Origin: Phycisphaerae bacterium
Lineage (GTDB): Bacteria > Planctomycetota > Phycisphaerae > UBA1845
Length of the DNA stretch: 64,000 nt
Direction of reading: 5' to 3'
Assembly (NCBI GenBank): GCA_029260035.1
Contig: JAJDEA010000222.1
Span: 15,249 to 79,248, forward strand
The notes under the pieces are model-generated. The model ran no database searches. It was not told where the DNA came from and saw only the letters and a list, made by a program, of their open reading frames with translations. The position numbers and the translations under genes were made by a program. Shown one piece after another: positions 27,782 to 39,108 of this stretch (the first letter of the stretch is position 1; the number at the start of each line of letters is the position of its first letter).

Positions 27782-30481
27782 ATGGCTATACACCCTCTCT
27801 CCGACATTGATACGACCGAGACGCAGGAATGGATTGATTCGCTTAAATCCGTTACCGAATCTATGGGCCGAGAACGTGCGAGGTATTTGCTTCAGCGTTT
27901 GATCGATTGGGGGAAGCAGCACGATGTCATCGCCCCGTTTACCGCGAACACGCCCTACGTCAATACGATTCCGGTGCATCGCCAACATCCTTATCCCGGC
28001 GACCGCGCAATCGAGCGCCGTCTTAAGAGCCTGATGCGGTGGAATGCCATGGCCATGGTCGTGCGGGCGAATCGAAAATCGGCAGGCATTGGCGGCCATA
28101 TTTCAACATTTGCATCTGCGGCGACTCTCCTGCAGGTTGGGTTCAATCATTTTTTCCGAGCGAACTCCAAGGACCAGATTGGCGACCAGATTTTCTTTCA
28201 GGGACACGTCGCTCCGGGCATCTACTCAAGGGCTTACCTGGAGCGTCGCCTTAGCACTCAACAGCTTCGTAACTTTCGCCGAGAACTAGCCAAAGACGGC
28301 GGACTTTCTTCCTATCCGCACCCCTGGCTGATGCCGGATTTTTGGGAATTTCCAACAGTGTCGATGGGGCTCGCGTCGCTAACCGCCATCTACCAGGCAC
28401 GGTTTAACCGATATCTTCATGACCGGGGACTGCAGGATACGTCAAACAGCCATGTTTGGGCGTTTCTCGGCGACGGCGAAACGGACGAACCTGAATCGCT
28501 GGGTGCCATAACGCTGGCGTCTCGGGAACGCCTTGACAATCTGATCTTCGTTGTCAATTGCAATCTGCAGAGGTTGGATGGGCCTGTTCGGGGCAACGGA
28601 AATATTACGCAAGAATTGGAGGCGGCGTTTCGAGGTGCGGGCTGGAATGTGATTAAGGTAATCTGGGGCGAAGATTGGGATCCCCTTCTAGCTGCGGACA
28701 CCGAAGGAGTACTCGTCGATCGGATGGGCGAAACCATCGACGGCGAATGGCAGAAATACACAGTCGAATCCGGCGCGTATTCGCGCGAAAAATTCTTCGG
28801 CACGGATCCAAGACTTGCAAAGCTCGTGGATCATTTGAGCGACGAGAAAATTCGTAAGCTTCGCCTTGGTGGCCACGATCCAGCGAAGGTTTATTCCGCA
28901 TTCAAGACTGCTGTTGCCCATGAAGGCCAGCCGACAGTCGTTCTCGCGAGAACCATCAAGGGTTATGGCTTGGGCGAAGCGGGAGAAGGACGCAACGTTA
29001 CGCACCAGCAGAAAAAGCTGAACCTTGAAGAGCTGCGGCATTTTCGAGATCGCTTTGATATACCAATCCCAGACAACGAACTTGAAGATGCACCTTTTTA
29101 TCGACCAGCTGAAGATACGGAAGAGTACAAGTATCTTGTCGAGCGCCGGCAGGCTTTGGGAGGGTTTGTGCCACGCCGTCGGGTCCGTGCCGCGCCGCTT
29201 CATTTACCTTCCGATGATCTGTTTCGCGAAATGTTCGAGGGTTCCGGCGATCGGGAGATGGCTACGACGATGGCAATCGTTCGGCTGATCTCAAAGCTCA
29301 TGGACGACGAGAAAACCGGTAAGCTCATCGTTCCAATCGTACCCGACGAAGCCCGAACGTTTGGCATGGATGCACTTTTTCGTAAGTACGGCATTTATTC
29401 TCATCTCGGCCAAAAGTATGAGCCGGTCGACTCGCACTTGCTGCTCTATTATCGCGAAAGCAAGGACGGACAGATTCTCGAGGAAGGCATCACCGAGGCT
29501 GGCGCGATGGCTTCTTTCACCGCGGCGGGCACCGCTAGCGTTACGTTCGGCATCAACACGATTCCCTTCTACCTTTTCTATTCGATGTTCGGGTTCCAGC
29601 GGATTGGCGACTCGGCTTGGGCATGTGGTGATTCGCGCTGCCGAGGTTTCATGATCGGCTGCACGGCTGGCCGAACAACGCTCGCGGGCGAGGGCTTGCA
29701 ACATCAGGATGGCCATAGCCATCTTCTTGCAAGCACAATCCCAAACATCTTAAGTTATGACCCTGCATTCGCGTACGAAATTGCGATCATCATTCGTGAG
29801 GGAATTCGGCGGATGTATGTTGAACGTGAGCCGGTCTTCTATTACGTCACAGTTGGCAACGAGGTCTATCAACACCCGGAGATGCCAGCGGGCTGCGAAG
29901 ACGGCGTGCTCAAGGGGCTATATAAAATTCGGGAATCAAAGGAGCCGGGCGACAAGCCTCGTATCCATCTGTTCGGCAGTGGCTCGATCCTTCGGGAAGC
30001 AATCAAAGCGCAGGAAATTCTTGCTGAGAAATTCAACGTCGCTGCAGATGTTTGGAGCGTCACAAGCTACAACCTGCTTCGGCGCGACGCGATGTCGTGC
30101 GACCGTTGGAATCTTCTCCATCCTGGTAAGAAGCAGCAAAAGACGCCTTATGTCGTTGAGGTATTGAAGGATGAGCCTTGGCCGATTGTTGCGACAAGTG
30201 ACTACATGAAGGCTGTTCCAGATCAGATTTTGCGATGGGTTCCAGATGGCTTGGTTTCCTTGGGGACGGATGGCTTTGGGCGAAGCGAAGCCCGGGCTGA
30301 GCTTCGAGATTATTTTGAAATTGATGCGCGATACGTCGTGCTTGGCGCTCTTGGAGAACTTGTACGAAAGGGTCAGTTCGATCCCAAGAAACTCCCTTCT
30401 GCGATGAAAGAACTGAACATTGATGCGAACAAGCTTGACCCCGTTGAGCCACCCGCACCAACGACGTTGCCACCCAATTGA
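27782..30481 (+). CDS. aceE: pyruvate dehydrogenase E1 component (homodimeric type)
   Basis: 899 aa with a typical AceE N-terminus (ETQEWIDSL), the ThDP-binding region GDGETDEPES...NCNLQRLDG, and a transketolase-like C-terminal half. Confidence 0.95.
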   Translation: MAIHPLSDIDTTETQEWIDSLKSVTESMGRERARYLLQRLIDWGKQHDVIAPFTANTPYVNTIPVHRQHPYPGDRAIERRLKSLMRWNAMAMVVRANRKSAGIGGHISTFASAATLLQVGFNHFFRANSKDQIGDQIFFQGHVAPGIYSRAYLERRLSTQQLRNFRRELAKDGGLSSYPHPWLMPDFWEFPTVSMGLASLTAIYQARFNRYLHDRGLQDTSNSHVWAFLGDGETDEPESLGAITLASRERLDNLIFVVNCNLQRLDGPVRGNGNITQELEAAFRGAGWNVIKVIWGEDWDPLLAADTEGVLVDRMGETIDGEWQKYTVESGAYSREKFFGTDPRLAKLVDHLSDEKIRKLRLGGHDPAKVYSAFKTAVAHEGQPTVVLARTIKGYGLGEAGEGRNVTHQQKKLNLEELRHFRDRFDIPIPDNELEDAPFYRPAEDTEEYKYLVERRQALGGFVPRRRVRAAPLHLPSDDLFREMFEGSGDREMATTMAIVRLISKLMDDEKTGKLIVPIVPDEARTFGMDALFRKYGIYSHLGQKYEPVDSHLLLYYRESKDGQILEEGITEAGAMASFTAAGTASVTFGINTIPFYLFYSMFGFQRIGDSAWACGDSRCRGFMIGCTAGRTTLAGEGLQHQDGHSHLLASTIPNILSYDPAFAYEIAIIIREGIRRMYVEREPVFYYVTVGNEVYQHPEMPAGCEDGVLKGLYKIRESKEPGDKPRIHLFGSGSILREAIKAQEILAEKFNVAADVWSVTSYNLLRRDAMSCDRWNLLHPGKKQQKTPYVVEVLKDEPWPIVATSDYMKAVPDQILRWVPDGLVSLGTDGFGRSEARAELRDYFEIDARYVVLGALGELVRKGQFDPKKLPSAMKELNIDANKLDPVEPPAPTTLPPN

Positions 30482-30524
30482 GGTTGTAATCGGGCGCCTC
30501 CGCTCTTGAGCAGTGCGTGAACGA

Positions 30525-31076
30525 ATGAAACTGTATACCAAAGCAGGTGACGACGGCAAGACAGGCCTTTACGGAGGCGCGCGAGTCCCAAAATGCGACG
30601 TGCGCGTTCAGGCATACGGAGAAGTCGATGCTTTGTGTGCATATGTTGGGGTCGTTGTCGCGTGTTGTGATGATGCGAATCTAAAGCACCTCCTGTGCCA
30701 GGTTCAATCGGATCTGTTTACGATCGGGGGCGAGTTGGCAACACCCGACGACAAGGCGTCTCCCGTCAATATCGATCCGAATCGCGTTTCGTGGGTCGAG
30801 CAACGAATTGACGAAGCGTCAGCACAGGTCGAGCCGCTCAAGCAGTTCGTGTTGCCCGGCGGTTCAGAAACGGCTGCCCATCTCCATATTGCCCGTGTCA
30901 ATTGCCGACGCGCGGAGAGAGCGGTTGTATGCCTCGCCCAAACACAATCGGTACGCGATGTGATCCTGCATTATCTGAATCGACTGAGCGACTTGCTCTT
31001 TGCATTAGCTCGTGCTGATAACTATCGGCAAGGGATTCACGATATCCCTTGGGAGCCTGCCAAGAGCGAAAGCTGA
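30525..31076 (+). CDS. ATP:cob(I)alamin adenosyltransferase, PduO type
   Basis: N-terminus MKLYTKAGDDGKTGLYGG is diagnostic for the PduO/MMAB family. The size (~183 aa) fits. Confidence 0.85.
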   Translation: MKLYTKAGDDGKTGLYGGARVPKCDVRVQAYGEVDALCAYVGVVVACCDDANLKHLLCQVQSDLFTIGGELATPDDKASPVNIDPNRVSWVEQRIDEASAQVEPLKQFVLPGGSETAAHLHIARVNCRRAERAVVCLAQTQSVRDVILHYLNRLSDLLFALARADNYRQGIHDIPWEPAKSES

Positions 31077-31226
31077 GAAACGAAATTACGTTATGCCGTA
31101 ACCATGAACAGAAGAAGAGCCGTCTCACATGCTGCGACGTGCGAATTGTAGGTTCTTACAAGAATTGCCCAAAAAAACGCCATGCACAATGAACGAAAGT
31201 GCCATGGCTGCGTAGTATGAAGCCGG

Positions 31227-34200
31227 ATGGTTGGCCTACCCAAAACGCATACCGACGAGAGGAGCACCCTTCACCCCCTTCACGTTGTAATGATCGGGCT
31301 GATCGGCGCCGTGGTCGCGGGCGGCTGCTTGCTTCTTAGCACCCCCGAATCGATGTCCGCCGTGGATGGTGCGATTGAATGGCATGTCGATTCTCCTTTG
31401 CGTGCGGTGGTCTCACTGCTCTGCTGTAACTATCAACTGCCTACGCCCAATGCTGGCGACATCAAGGGTTATGTCCTTGGAATTGGCGCGGGATTAGCGC
31501 TCTTAGCCTTGGCGGTGGCTGTTCTTGCCCGATCCACATCCGAATCCGAAGACAGCAGATGGGATCATGCCAACGGCGAGCTTGGCGACGCTGCTCCCGC
31601 ATCGACTCGATCCAATTGGCGTCATATGTCGCCGATTTCAGCCGCTCAACTCTTCGTCGGGTTCTATTTACTGTGGTCGCTCGCCAGCAGTCGATGGTCC
31701 GCCGCCCCAGAGCTTGCCTTCGGTGCGAGCATGTTGCTTGCGATTCATTTTTTCTGGTCGCTTGGTATCGGCTGGAGTCTCAACCATTACGCGACGCGCA
31801 TATCGACTTGCCTAGTCGTGGTGGTCTTGTCAATCTCGTCTATCGTCGCCCTTTGGTATTTCTATGGCAGGAACCCGAGTCTTCGTGCGAAGTTTCCATT
31901 TGGGAACCCCAACTTCCTGTCGTCATGCCTCATTCCTGGCATTTTGCTGGCAATCGGCATGCTCATCAAAACCGGAACGGGATTCCTGCGTCAAATCGAC
32001 CCGAGAAAAATTGCCTTCTTTGTTTGCTGCATCCTAGCGCTAACCGTGATGGGCTGGGCTTTTGCGAAAGCTGATTCACGCGGCGCCTTAGCAGGACTTG
32101 TCGCTGGCTTGTTGGCACTCAACTTCTTTTCTCTTCGCGGAAAACAAAAATGGCTCCCCGTAGGCTTAGCGACAATCGCGATTGTCGTTGGTGCGTTATT
32201 TTACACGCAACAGCGCTCGACTCCGTCTCTTGAAGGTCGAAGTGCCACACTTCGTTTTCGTGAATACGCGTGGAAATATGCATGGCAAATGTTTGCCGAG
32301 AAGCCATTGACCGGACATGGCCAAGGCGGCTTTACGCTAGTCGGCGATTCATACGCTGTCGATGATGTATTGCATGATCCCGATGTATTCGAAGCGCGAA
32401 TTGCTCACGCCCACAACGAATGGCTGGAAACGGCAGCAGACCTTGGCGCGGTGGGAGTAATCCTGCTCCTTGCTGTCATCTTTATGACATTTCGCGCAGG
32501 GTTGCTTGTATTGCGCGACCCCGATCAATCGAAAGACCGCTGGGTTGTGATCGGATTGCTGAGTGCGTTGGTTGCGCTAATCGTCGAAGAGAGTTTTAAC
32601 GTCGGGCTGCGCGTGTCCGGCGTTCCCACGCTTTTCTATACGATTCTCGGTTTGACCTGGGCTATCTGCCGAAAGGAACAGCGCGATCTGATCTTGACTG
32701 TTTCCAACAAGTCAGGCTGGAGGCTTGGGGCAGCAGCAATTGGGGGCACGCTTGGGTTACTCGCAATGGTCGTATCCCAACAGGATTTCGACGCCGCCCG
32801 CGCTTCCTATGAAGCACGCCTATCAATGGATGCCGGCAATTATGAAGAGGCCATTCGGCACGCGGAATCCGGCGTCAGTCGCCTTAACCCGCAACGTGCT
32901 TTGACGGGTCTCGTGCAACTGAGCCAAGCGCATCTGCTAGTTGCCGACAAGCTATTGCGGCGGGCGGCGGATCGTGAATCCAGGGCTAGACAGAAGGATA
33001 TGGTGGATCAGCAATTGCTTGCTCTGTCTTGGCAGGATCGCGAGCAAGCGGAAAAAATTTATTGCGTGCAGGCCAGTCAAGCAATCAAAGACCTGATTAC
33101 GCGCGCGCCAGGATTCCTAAATCATGGCCGAATTGAATTCGATCTTAATCTTTTGTTGGCCGAAATTGCAGCGGCACACAACGATCAGGCAAAGTACGAG
33201 CTGGACATTGCCAACGCGGCAACAGCAATCAATCGCGAATTGCAGCGTCAGCCTTTTAATCCGATGATTGCACTCGATTATCTTCGAGTCGCAGCGGCTG
33301 ACATCGATCCGTCAGAGGGATTAATAATCCTCGCCAGGCCTTTGCGTTATTATCGAATTTCGGCAAACCATGTTGGTCTTCTCACGCAGTTGGCGGGCGG
33401 GCAGAAAAACCGGTTTGATCTCGATGCTATGGAATTCGCCGCGCGGGAACTATGCGTCAAACCAACCACTATAGATGAAGCTGGTCGCCCGGTTCAGCAT
33501 TGGTGCTCGGAAAAACTTCGACTGATTGCAGCCGTTCGATTTTCCCAAGGAGCTTACGATGACGCCAGGAAGTTACTCGTGCTGGCAGCTACATGGTACG
33601 AAAACAACCTACCCAAGCCGACGATCGGCATGGCAAGTTGCTATGCGGAGCTGGCGGATAGTCAGTTTTATCTGGACCCAAATACTGCCGATCAGGCCAT
33701 TGAGCTATTGAAGAATGCAATCGCGTCGTTGCCTACGTCGTGGAAGGGTCGCGGTTTTGAAAATGCGTTGGATCAACGGCTTGTCACATATCTTCTCGCG
33801 GACGCCAAAGAATCGGCAGCCCGTGATGTACTCAGAAATATGGCATCGAAAACTGTTTCTGAAGAAATCATTAGTGAGGAATTGGGGCGTCGATACCGCA
33901 AACTTTGCGAATCGCTCTTGAGCCGGCGGGAAGCACACATTCTCCGCAAGTCGGCGGATGAAATTCTGACGAAACTTGTTCGATGGATCAACCGAGCCGC
34001 TGAACTAATTCCTGATGACTACGCAACGCATTTCATAGCTGCAGACCTTGCATTCCACAATGATGCCTTCGAAGTGGCATCTTCACATCTTCAGAAATCG
34101 TTAGCCTTGGGCCTGCCATCTGACGCTGCGGTTCGATTTCTCGATCTTGCACTGGAAAAACAACCGGAATGCGAAGTTCTTCGTGAGATTCGTGCCAAAC

Positions 34201-34280
34201 TGCCCGCAACAAAGGTAGCCCCGCCCGAGATGGCTCCACCCATTGACCTGCCTGCCCGATCTGATAATCCGGCCCAATAA
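31227..34280 (+). CDS. O-antigen ligase (Wzy_C)-like polytopic membrane protein with long helical-repeat C-terminal domain
   Basis: About 12 TM helices with the Wzy_C-type loop signature (ARIAHAHNEWLETAADLGAVGVILL). The C-terminal ~500 aa are alpha-helical and TPR-like. Confidence 0.75.
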   Translation: MVGLPKTHTDERSTLHPLHVVMIGLIGAVVAGGCLLLSTPESMSAVDGAIEWHVDSPLRAVVSLLCCNYQLPTPNAGDIKGYVLGIGAGLALLALAVAVLARSTSESEDSRWDHANGELGDAAPASTRSNWRHMSPISAAQLFVGFYLLWSLASSRWSAAPELAFGASMLLAIHFFWSLGIGWSLNHYATRISTCLVVVVLSISSIVALWYFYGRNPSLRAKFPFGNPNFLSSCLIPGILLAIGMLIKTGTGFLRQIDPRKIAFFVCCILALTVMGWAFAKADSRGALAGLVAGLLALNFFSLRGKQKWLPVGLATIAIVVGALFYTQQRSTPSLEGRSATLRFREYAWKYAWQMFAEKPLTGHGQGGFTLVGDSYAVDDVLHDPDVFEARIAHAHNEWLETAADLGAVGVILLLAVIFMTFRAGLLVLRDPDQSKDRWVVIGLLSALVALIVEESFNVGLRVSGVPTLFYTILGLTWAICRKEQRDLILTVSNKSGWRLGAAAIGGTLGLLAMVVSQQDFDAARASYEARLSMDAGNYEEAIRHAESGVSRLNPQRALTGLVQLSQAHLLVADKLLRRAADRESRARQKDMVDQQLLALSWQDREQAEKIYCVQASQAIKDLITRAPGFLNHGRIEFDLNLLLAEIAAAHNDQAKYELDIANAATAINRELQRQPFNPMIALDYLRVAAADIDPSEGLIILARPLRYYRISANHVGLLTQLAGGQKNRFDLDAMEFAARELCVKPTTIDEAGRPVQHWCSEKLRLIAAVRFSQGAYDDARKLLVLAATWYENNLPKPTIGMASCYAELADSQFYLDPNTADQAIELLKNAIASLPTSWKGRGFENALDQRLVTYLLADAKESAARDVLRNMASKTVSEEIISEELGRRYRKLCESLLSRREAHILRKSADEILTKLVRWINRAAELIPDDYATHFIAADLAFHNDAFEVASSHLQKSLALGLPSDAAVRFLDLALEKQPECEVLREIRAKLPATKVAPPEMAPPIDLPARSDNPAQ

Positions 34281-34503
34281 GCACCTCTTTAGCAACGAAC
34301 GGTCAAAGAAAGCGGCGAATCGCACTATCACACTAGCGGAAATACATCCAAGCGCTTTAGTAGATTAGATCTTGCTCTAATCGATTTGGCGTAATTGTTT
34401 GTCTGTAACCGTCAGGATCATAGCAGGTCCGCTCCGCACCGGTTATCATAATGCATTCGGGAACGGAAAAACTCTTCTTATTACCTCAGATTGCGATTAG
34501 TTC

Positions 34504-35463
34504 ATGCGTGCAAAGGGACTTTTTCAGGCTATTGCAGTACTCACGGTCGTCACGATGTCGCTCGCTGCAATGAGTGCAATCGGCCGGGCTAAACCCAAAG
34601 CGACGCCAGTCGATTGGGGGATCTATCAAATTCTCTGGTCGCGCGAATATGGAAAACATCTGGATGCAGAATTGGCGCGTTTCGCGTCGAAGCCTGATTA
34701 CGTCATGTTCTATCGTGACCTTGGCAGGCCTTTTCCAAAATTTCCGATCGACATTATTGCCAAACGTGGAGCCACGACAATCGTGTCGCTGGAGTTATGG
34801 TCGTGGCACGGCGGGCGCAGCGGTTCTTATCTGCCCAAAATCAACGATGGGTCGTACGACAAGTTTCTTCGAGAGTGGGCAATTGCCGCCAAGGCTGATG
34901 GACGACGTGTCCTGCTTCGCTTTGGGTTCGAGTTTAATGGCGACTGGTTCACCTGGTCACTGAAACCAAAGGACTACGTCAAGGCATGGCGTCGCGCGCA
35001 TGGCATTTTCAGAGAGATTGGAGCGAATAATGTCGAATGGGTTTGGGCGCCCAACGTCGTAAGTTGTCCCAATACGCCGGAGAATAATATGCACCTTTAT
35101 TACCCGGGGGATGAATACGTCGATTGGGTTGGCGTAGATGGCTACAACTTTGGCGACCATCATGACAAGTGGCACCAATGGCAGTCGTTCGACGATGTTT
35201 TTGCCAAGACACTCCGTGAATTCGAAGTACATTATCCAGGGAAACCCGTTATGTTGGCTGAATTCGGCTGCGCATCGGGAAACACCAAGCAACGAGCATC
35301 GTGGATCAGAGACGCCCACAAGGCACTCGAAGCGTATCCGCAGGTCAAAGCGGCTATCTGGTTCAATTTAGACAAGCGTCGAGAAAACGAGCCGAACTGG
35401 TATTTAACTTCAACGGATCAATCGCTCCAGGCATTCAACGAGACGTTCGCATTCAAGCCTTAA
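34504..35463 (+). CDS. glycoside hydrolase family 26-like (beta-mannanase-type)
   Basis: Signal peptide followed by GH26-like blocks LRFGFEFNGDWFTW, WVWAPN, YYPGDEYVDWVGVDGYN and MLAEFG (putative acid/base and nucleophile Glu). Confidence 0.7.
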   Translation: MRAKGLFQAIAVLTVVTMSLAAMSAIGRAKPKATPVDWGIYQILWSREYGKHLDAELARFASKPDYVMFYRDLGRPFPKFPIDIIAKRGATTIVSLELWSWHGGRSGSYLPKINDGSYDKFLREWAIAAKADGRRVLLRFGFEFNGDWFTWSLKPKDYVKAWRRAHGIFREIGANNVEWVWAPNVVSCPNTPENNMHLYYPGDEYVDWVGVDGYNFGDHHDKWHQWQSFDDVFAKTLREFEVHYPGKPVMLAEFGCASGNTKQRASWIRDAHKALEAYPQVKAAIWFNLDKRRENEPNWYLTSTDQSLQAFNETFAFKP

Positions 35464-35724
35464 AACCCAACGTCAAATGGATTCGTGCAAGGCTCGGTGT
35501 TCTTATCGTTTCAATGAGCACTTTCTCCCCGCCGGAAAGTCGCGATTTGTCCGCCAGCAAGGACGGAAATGCGCTGACTTGCGAACTGAATGGTTTGCCA
35601 ATACGCTCCCGCTCATGAACTTTGCGATTGGTGCGTAAGCAAGGCATTTGTGTAGGAAGCGGAAAACGAATCGGTACTGCAGGGGTAAAAATGAATTGCC
35701 CGGCGTGCCCTGAACGAAACTCTT

Positions 35725-36969
35725 ATGAACTCAACCGTCCATGACAGTCTGCCTTGCGGCATCGAATATGCAGCCCTCCCATTGCCCAAGAGGCACGTCG
35801 TATCCTTCTGCTTACGCGTCTTCGCGGGAGCCGTCGATGACCCCGAAGAAAAACTAGGTCTTGCGAAACTCGTCGGAGAGACGATCGACAAAGGCACCGA
35901 GCGCCATACGGGTCGCGAGCTTTCCGATGCCTACGATGCAATCGGTGCATCGATCGATATCGGTGTTGGTCGCGAAACGACAACGATCTCGTGCACGGTA
36001 TTGCCTGATCATTTTGAGAGAGCGGTCGAGCTGACAGCGGAAATGCTCCGAACGCCAACATTTCCCCAGGAGATGTTTTCGGTCAACGTTGATCTCGCCC
36101 AGCAGGAACTCATCGCACTTCAAGATGATCCACAAAGCCTGGCCGACAAAATAATCACACGGCAGTCTTATGGTTCCGTCCTTGGTCGATATCCGCTGGG
36201 AGAGGAGGCCACCCTCGCCCGAATTAAGCAGGATGATTTGTCGGAATTTTGGCACAACTATTATTGTGGCGGGCGGACTATATTTTCAGTAGCTGGCGCG
36301 GTCGAGGTATCGTGCGCCACGGATACGATCGAGAAGCACTTTGCAGGATTCGGGCAAGCGGAAAAGCAAGGCCGATCGCCTCACCCTTTCGATTTCAACG
36401 CAAGCGCCACGCATCAAACGAAAGACCTGGAGCAACAGCAGATCAGCCTATGTTGGCCTGGCGCAGAAGTAACCCATTCGGATTTTCCTGCGCAGCGCGT
36501 AATGCTCGGTATTCTGTCAGGCGGTATGAGTGGGCGACTTTTCACCGAAGTTCGAGAGAAACAAGGGCTTGTTTATTGGGTTGGCGCGTGGAACGATACC
36601 CCCAGAGGCGGTAGCTTGATTTTCCTTGGCGCATCCACAACACCCCAGCGATGTGACAAGACCTATGCTACACTTTTGCGAGAAGTGGATCGACTTGCTG
36701 ATGACGTCACACAGATGGAGCTTGATCGCGCGATTACAGGAATCCTCGCTGCGCGCGAAACAAGGGGGGACGCTACTCGCTCGCAATGTATGGAGTTAAT
36801 TAACGATCTGTTCTTTTTCGGTAGACCCATACCTGCAGAGGAAAAGGACGAAAAGATCAAAGCGGTTGGGATCGGCGACATTCGCAGCTTCTTTGCAAAA
36901 TACCCTCGTGATCGGATCAGTGTCGTAACGCTGGGGCCTAGAGCGTTAGGTCAAAGTGACGAATCCTAG
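35725..36969 (+). CDS. M16 (pitrilysin) family peptidase subunit lacking the HxxEH zinc motif
   Basis: 414 aa with the M16 fold pattern, but there is no HxxEH at the expected N-terminal position. It is paired with the catalytic subunit immediately downstream. Confidence 0.8.
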   Translation: MNSTVHDSLPCGIEYAALPLPKRHVVSFCLRVFAGAVDDPEEKLGLAKLVGETIDKGTERHTGRELSDAYDAIGASIDIGVGRETTTISCTVLPDHFERAVELTAEMLRTPTFPQEMFSVNVDLAQQELIALQDDPQSLADKIITRQSYGSVLGRYPLGEEATLARIKQDDLSEFWHNYYCGGRTIFSVAGAVEVSCATDTIEKHFAGFGQAEKQGRSPHPFDFNASATHQTKDLEQQQISLCWPGAEVTHSDFPAQRVMLGILSGGMSGRLFTEVREKQGLVYWVGAWNDTPRGGSLIFLGASTTPQRCDKTYATLLREVDRLADDVTQMELDRAITGILAARETRGDATRSQCMELINDLFFFGRPIPAEEKDEKIKAVGIGDIRSFFAKYPRDRISVVTLGPRALGQSDES

Positions 36970-36988
36970 ACAGGCGGAACCCTAAGAG

Positions 36989-38230
36989 ATGAATAACCCC
37001 TATACGATGCACAAGCTGGATAATGGCTTGCAAATCGTTATCGAAAAAATGCCGGATGTTCGTAGTGCTGCAGCAGGCTTTCTTGTTCGTACCGGAGCGC
37101 GCGATGAAGTCGCTCCGCAAGCCGGCGTTTCTCATTTTCTAGAACACATGATGTTCAAGGGTACGGCAAAGCGAGGCTGGCGCGATATTACAATTGCATT
37201 GGATGACCTGGGCAGCCAATATAACGCTTTCACAAGTGAAGACCGAACAGTTTATTACGGCTGGGTGCGAAAGGCGGACCTCGAAAAGCAGATCGAAATA
37301 CTCGCCGATATGTTACGCTCGACCTTGCCGGGCGAAGAATTCGACATGGAGAAGAATGTCGTTCTGGAAGAAATCGCAATGGCTAAGGATAGCTTGGAGC
37401 ACATCGCGTTCGACTTCGTTCAGGAAAAAGTCTTCGCAGGCCATCCGCTCGCTTGGCCGGTTTTGGGTTACGAAAAAACTGTCCAGGACTTATCCCGCGA
37501 CACGATGTGGGATTATTTCAAAAAGCGATACACACCGGACAATATAGTCCTGGTAGTATCAGGCCAGGTTGACCCAGCCGCCATTATTGATCTTGCAGAA
37601 AAATACTGTGGAAGCTGGAAGCCGGGGAACGAAGAGACACGCCGCACGCCACCCGAAATCAAAGGTGGCATCGATTCGTGTTGCATTGATCGCTTCAACC
37701 AACAAATATTAATCCTAACGCTACCCGCCGTGTGTTCAACCGACCGTCTCGTCGAATCGGCTTCCGCCGTCGCCACGATTCTCGGCGGCGATAATTCGCG
37801 GTTCTTTTGGAATATCGTACAGGCTGGCGTGAGCACTCGGGCTGGCGCCTATCTCATGGATTATTCCGACTATGGTGCGATGCTGTTATACGGAGCCTGC
37901 CAGCCGGAGAACGCGGAAAAGCTTTTGGACGCAATTCGCAGAGAATCGAAACGTATCTGCGAAGATGGTGTACAAGAAGAGGAAGTCGACCGGGTGAAGA
38001 ACCGTCGCAGAACGTCGTTGGCACTGGAAAGCGAAACGCCTTATCATCGATTGACCCATTTGATGGACGATATCGAATATCGAGGCGGCCCTCGTACCGT
38101 CGAACAAATGTTGGCTGATGTTGACGCGGTTAGCGTACAGACCGTGCGAGAATACCTTGAACGCTATCCATTGGACGCAGCGGGTCACTTGGCGAGCGTT
38201 GGCCCCCGAGCTTGGCCGACGGAAAGTTGA
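36989..38230 (+). CDS. M16 (pitrilysin) family zinc peptidase, catalytic subunit
   Basis: Zinc-binding motif HFLEHMMFKG (HxxEH) with downstream Glu (LEEIAM). 413 aa. Confidence 0.85.
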   Translation: MNNPYTMHKLDNGLQIVIEKMPDVRSAAAGFLVRTGARDEVAPQAGVSHFLEHMMFKGTAKRGWRDITIALDDLGSQYNAFTSEDRTVYYGWVRKADLEKQIEILADMLRSTLPGEEFDMEKNVVLEEIAMAKDSLEHIAFDFVQEKVFAGHPLAWPVLGYEKTVQDLSRDTMWDYFKKRYTPDNIVLVVSGQVDPAAIIDLAEKYCGSWKPGNEETRRTPPEIKGGIDSCCIDRFNQQILILTLPAVCSTDRLVESASAVATILGGDNSRFFWNIVQAGVSTRAGAYLMDYSDYGAMLLYGACQPENAEKLLDAIRRESKRICEDGVQEEEVDRVKNRRRTSLALESETPYHRLTHLMDDIEYRGGPRTVEQMLADVDAVSVQTVREYLERYPLDAAGHLASVGPRAWPTES

Positions 38231-38277
38231 TCTCTTAAGATAAAAGGGGGCGCAGGGAGCACACGCAACAACAGAAC

Positions 38278-39108
38278 ATGGACTCAACTCAGACGCTTGA
38301 TATCAAGGTAGTTTATAGTGCAACGAAAGGCGCCAGCCCCAGAAAACCGGTGTCTGTTTCGCCTGCTGGAGGTTCGCCGCGCTGGCTCGGGGCGCTTGGT
38401 TTGTCCGCCATGGTTGTGGCAGCAAGTCTGTGTTTCGCCGCCTGGTGGCGCGTTGATACGGAAATTCGTCTCATATGGATGTTCAAAACGCCAGTTCAAG
38501 GCCTCAATCCGGACTCCGCATCCAAGCTGTTTGAAGATTCTCTGACAGCGGGAAATGCACATCAAGCAAGACCCGAAAATCCTCAAGCAAACCCCTCAAG
38601 CGAACCAAGAATTGTCGGCGTCACGGCACGCAATGTGATTGTTGGAACCGGAGTAGTTTGGCTGGCTGTCGTGACGATCGCCTGCTGCGCACTTACATTT
38701 GCTGCGGGAACAGTAGCTGGCAGGAATCTTTCCGGACTCACTCGAGGCGGCTTAGCGTGTGCCGCCATGGCGTGCCTTGCTGGTATGTGCTGGATAGGCT
38801 TTGGCATTTGGCAGGACCACAAATGGGGCTATGAGCCGAGGACTATGCGCATTGGCATGTCGTCACTGGTAGTGTTGTTTGCCGTATTCGGAGCTGCGGT
38901 GGGCAACCCTACACAAAAAAAATGGCGCACCGCATCGCTGGCTCTCATCGCTTCCGCAGTGGCCAGCATCCTGGCACTCTATCTTGGCAAGGAAACCGGC
39001 GCAATCAAGCCTGAATATGCAACACTCACGGTTCTGGTTACGGTGTTCGTAGCCCAATCGTTTTATGGCTGGATCCTCTGGCCAATCGCATCCCGCGTTC
39101 GATCTTAA
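38278..39108 (+). CDS. polytopic membrane protein of unknown function
   Basis: 276-aa ORF with an ATG start and ~6 TM helices. No recognisable motif. Confidence 0.55.
   Translation: MDSTQTLDIKVVYSATKGASPRKPVSVSPAGGSPRWLGALGLSAMVVAASLCFAAWWRVDTEIRLIWMFKTPVQGLNPDSASKLFEDSLTAGNAHQARPENPQANPSSEPRIVGVTARNVIVGTGVVWLAVVTIACCALTFAAGTVAGRNLSGLTRGGLACAAMACLAGMCWIGFGIWQDHKWGYEPRTMRIGMSSLVVLFAVFGAAVGNPTQKKWRTASLALIASAVASILALYLGKETGAIKPEYATLTVLVTVFVAQSFYGWILWPIASRVRS

Noticed and set aside
29936-30559. 207-aa minus-strand ORF
   Set aside because: It is antisense to the aceE 3' end and the start of the adenosyltransferase gene, both strongly supported.
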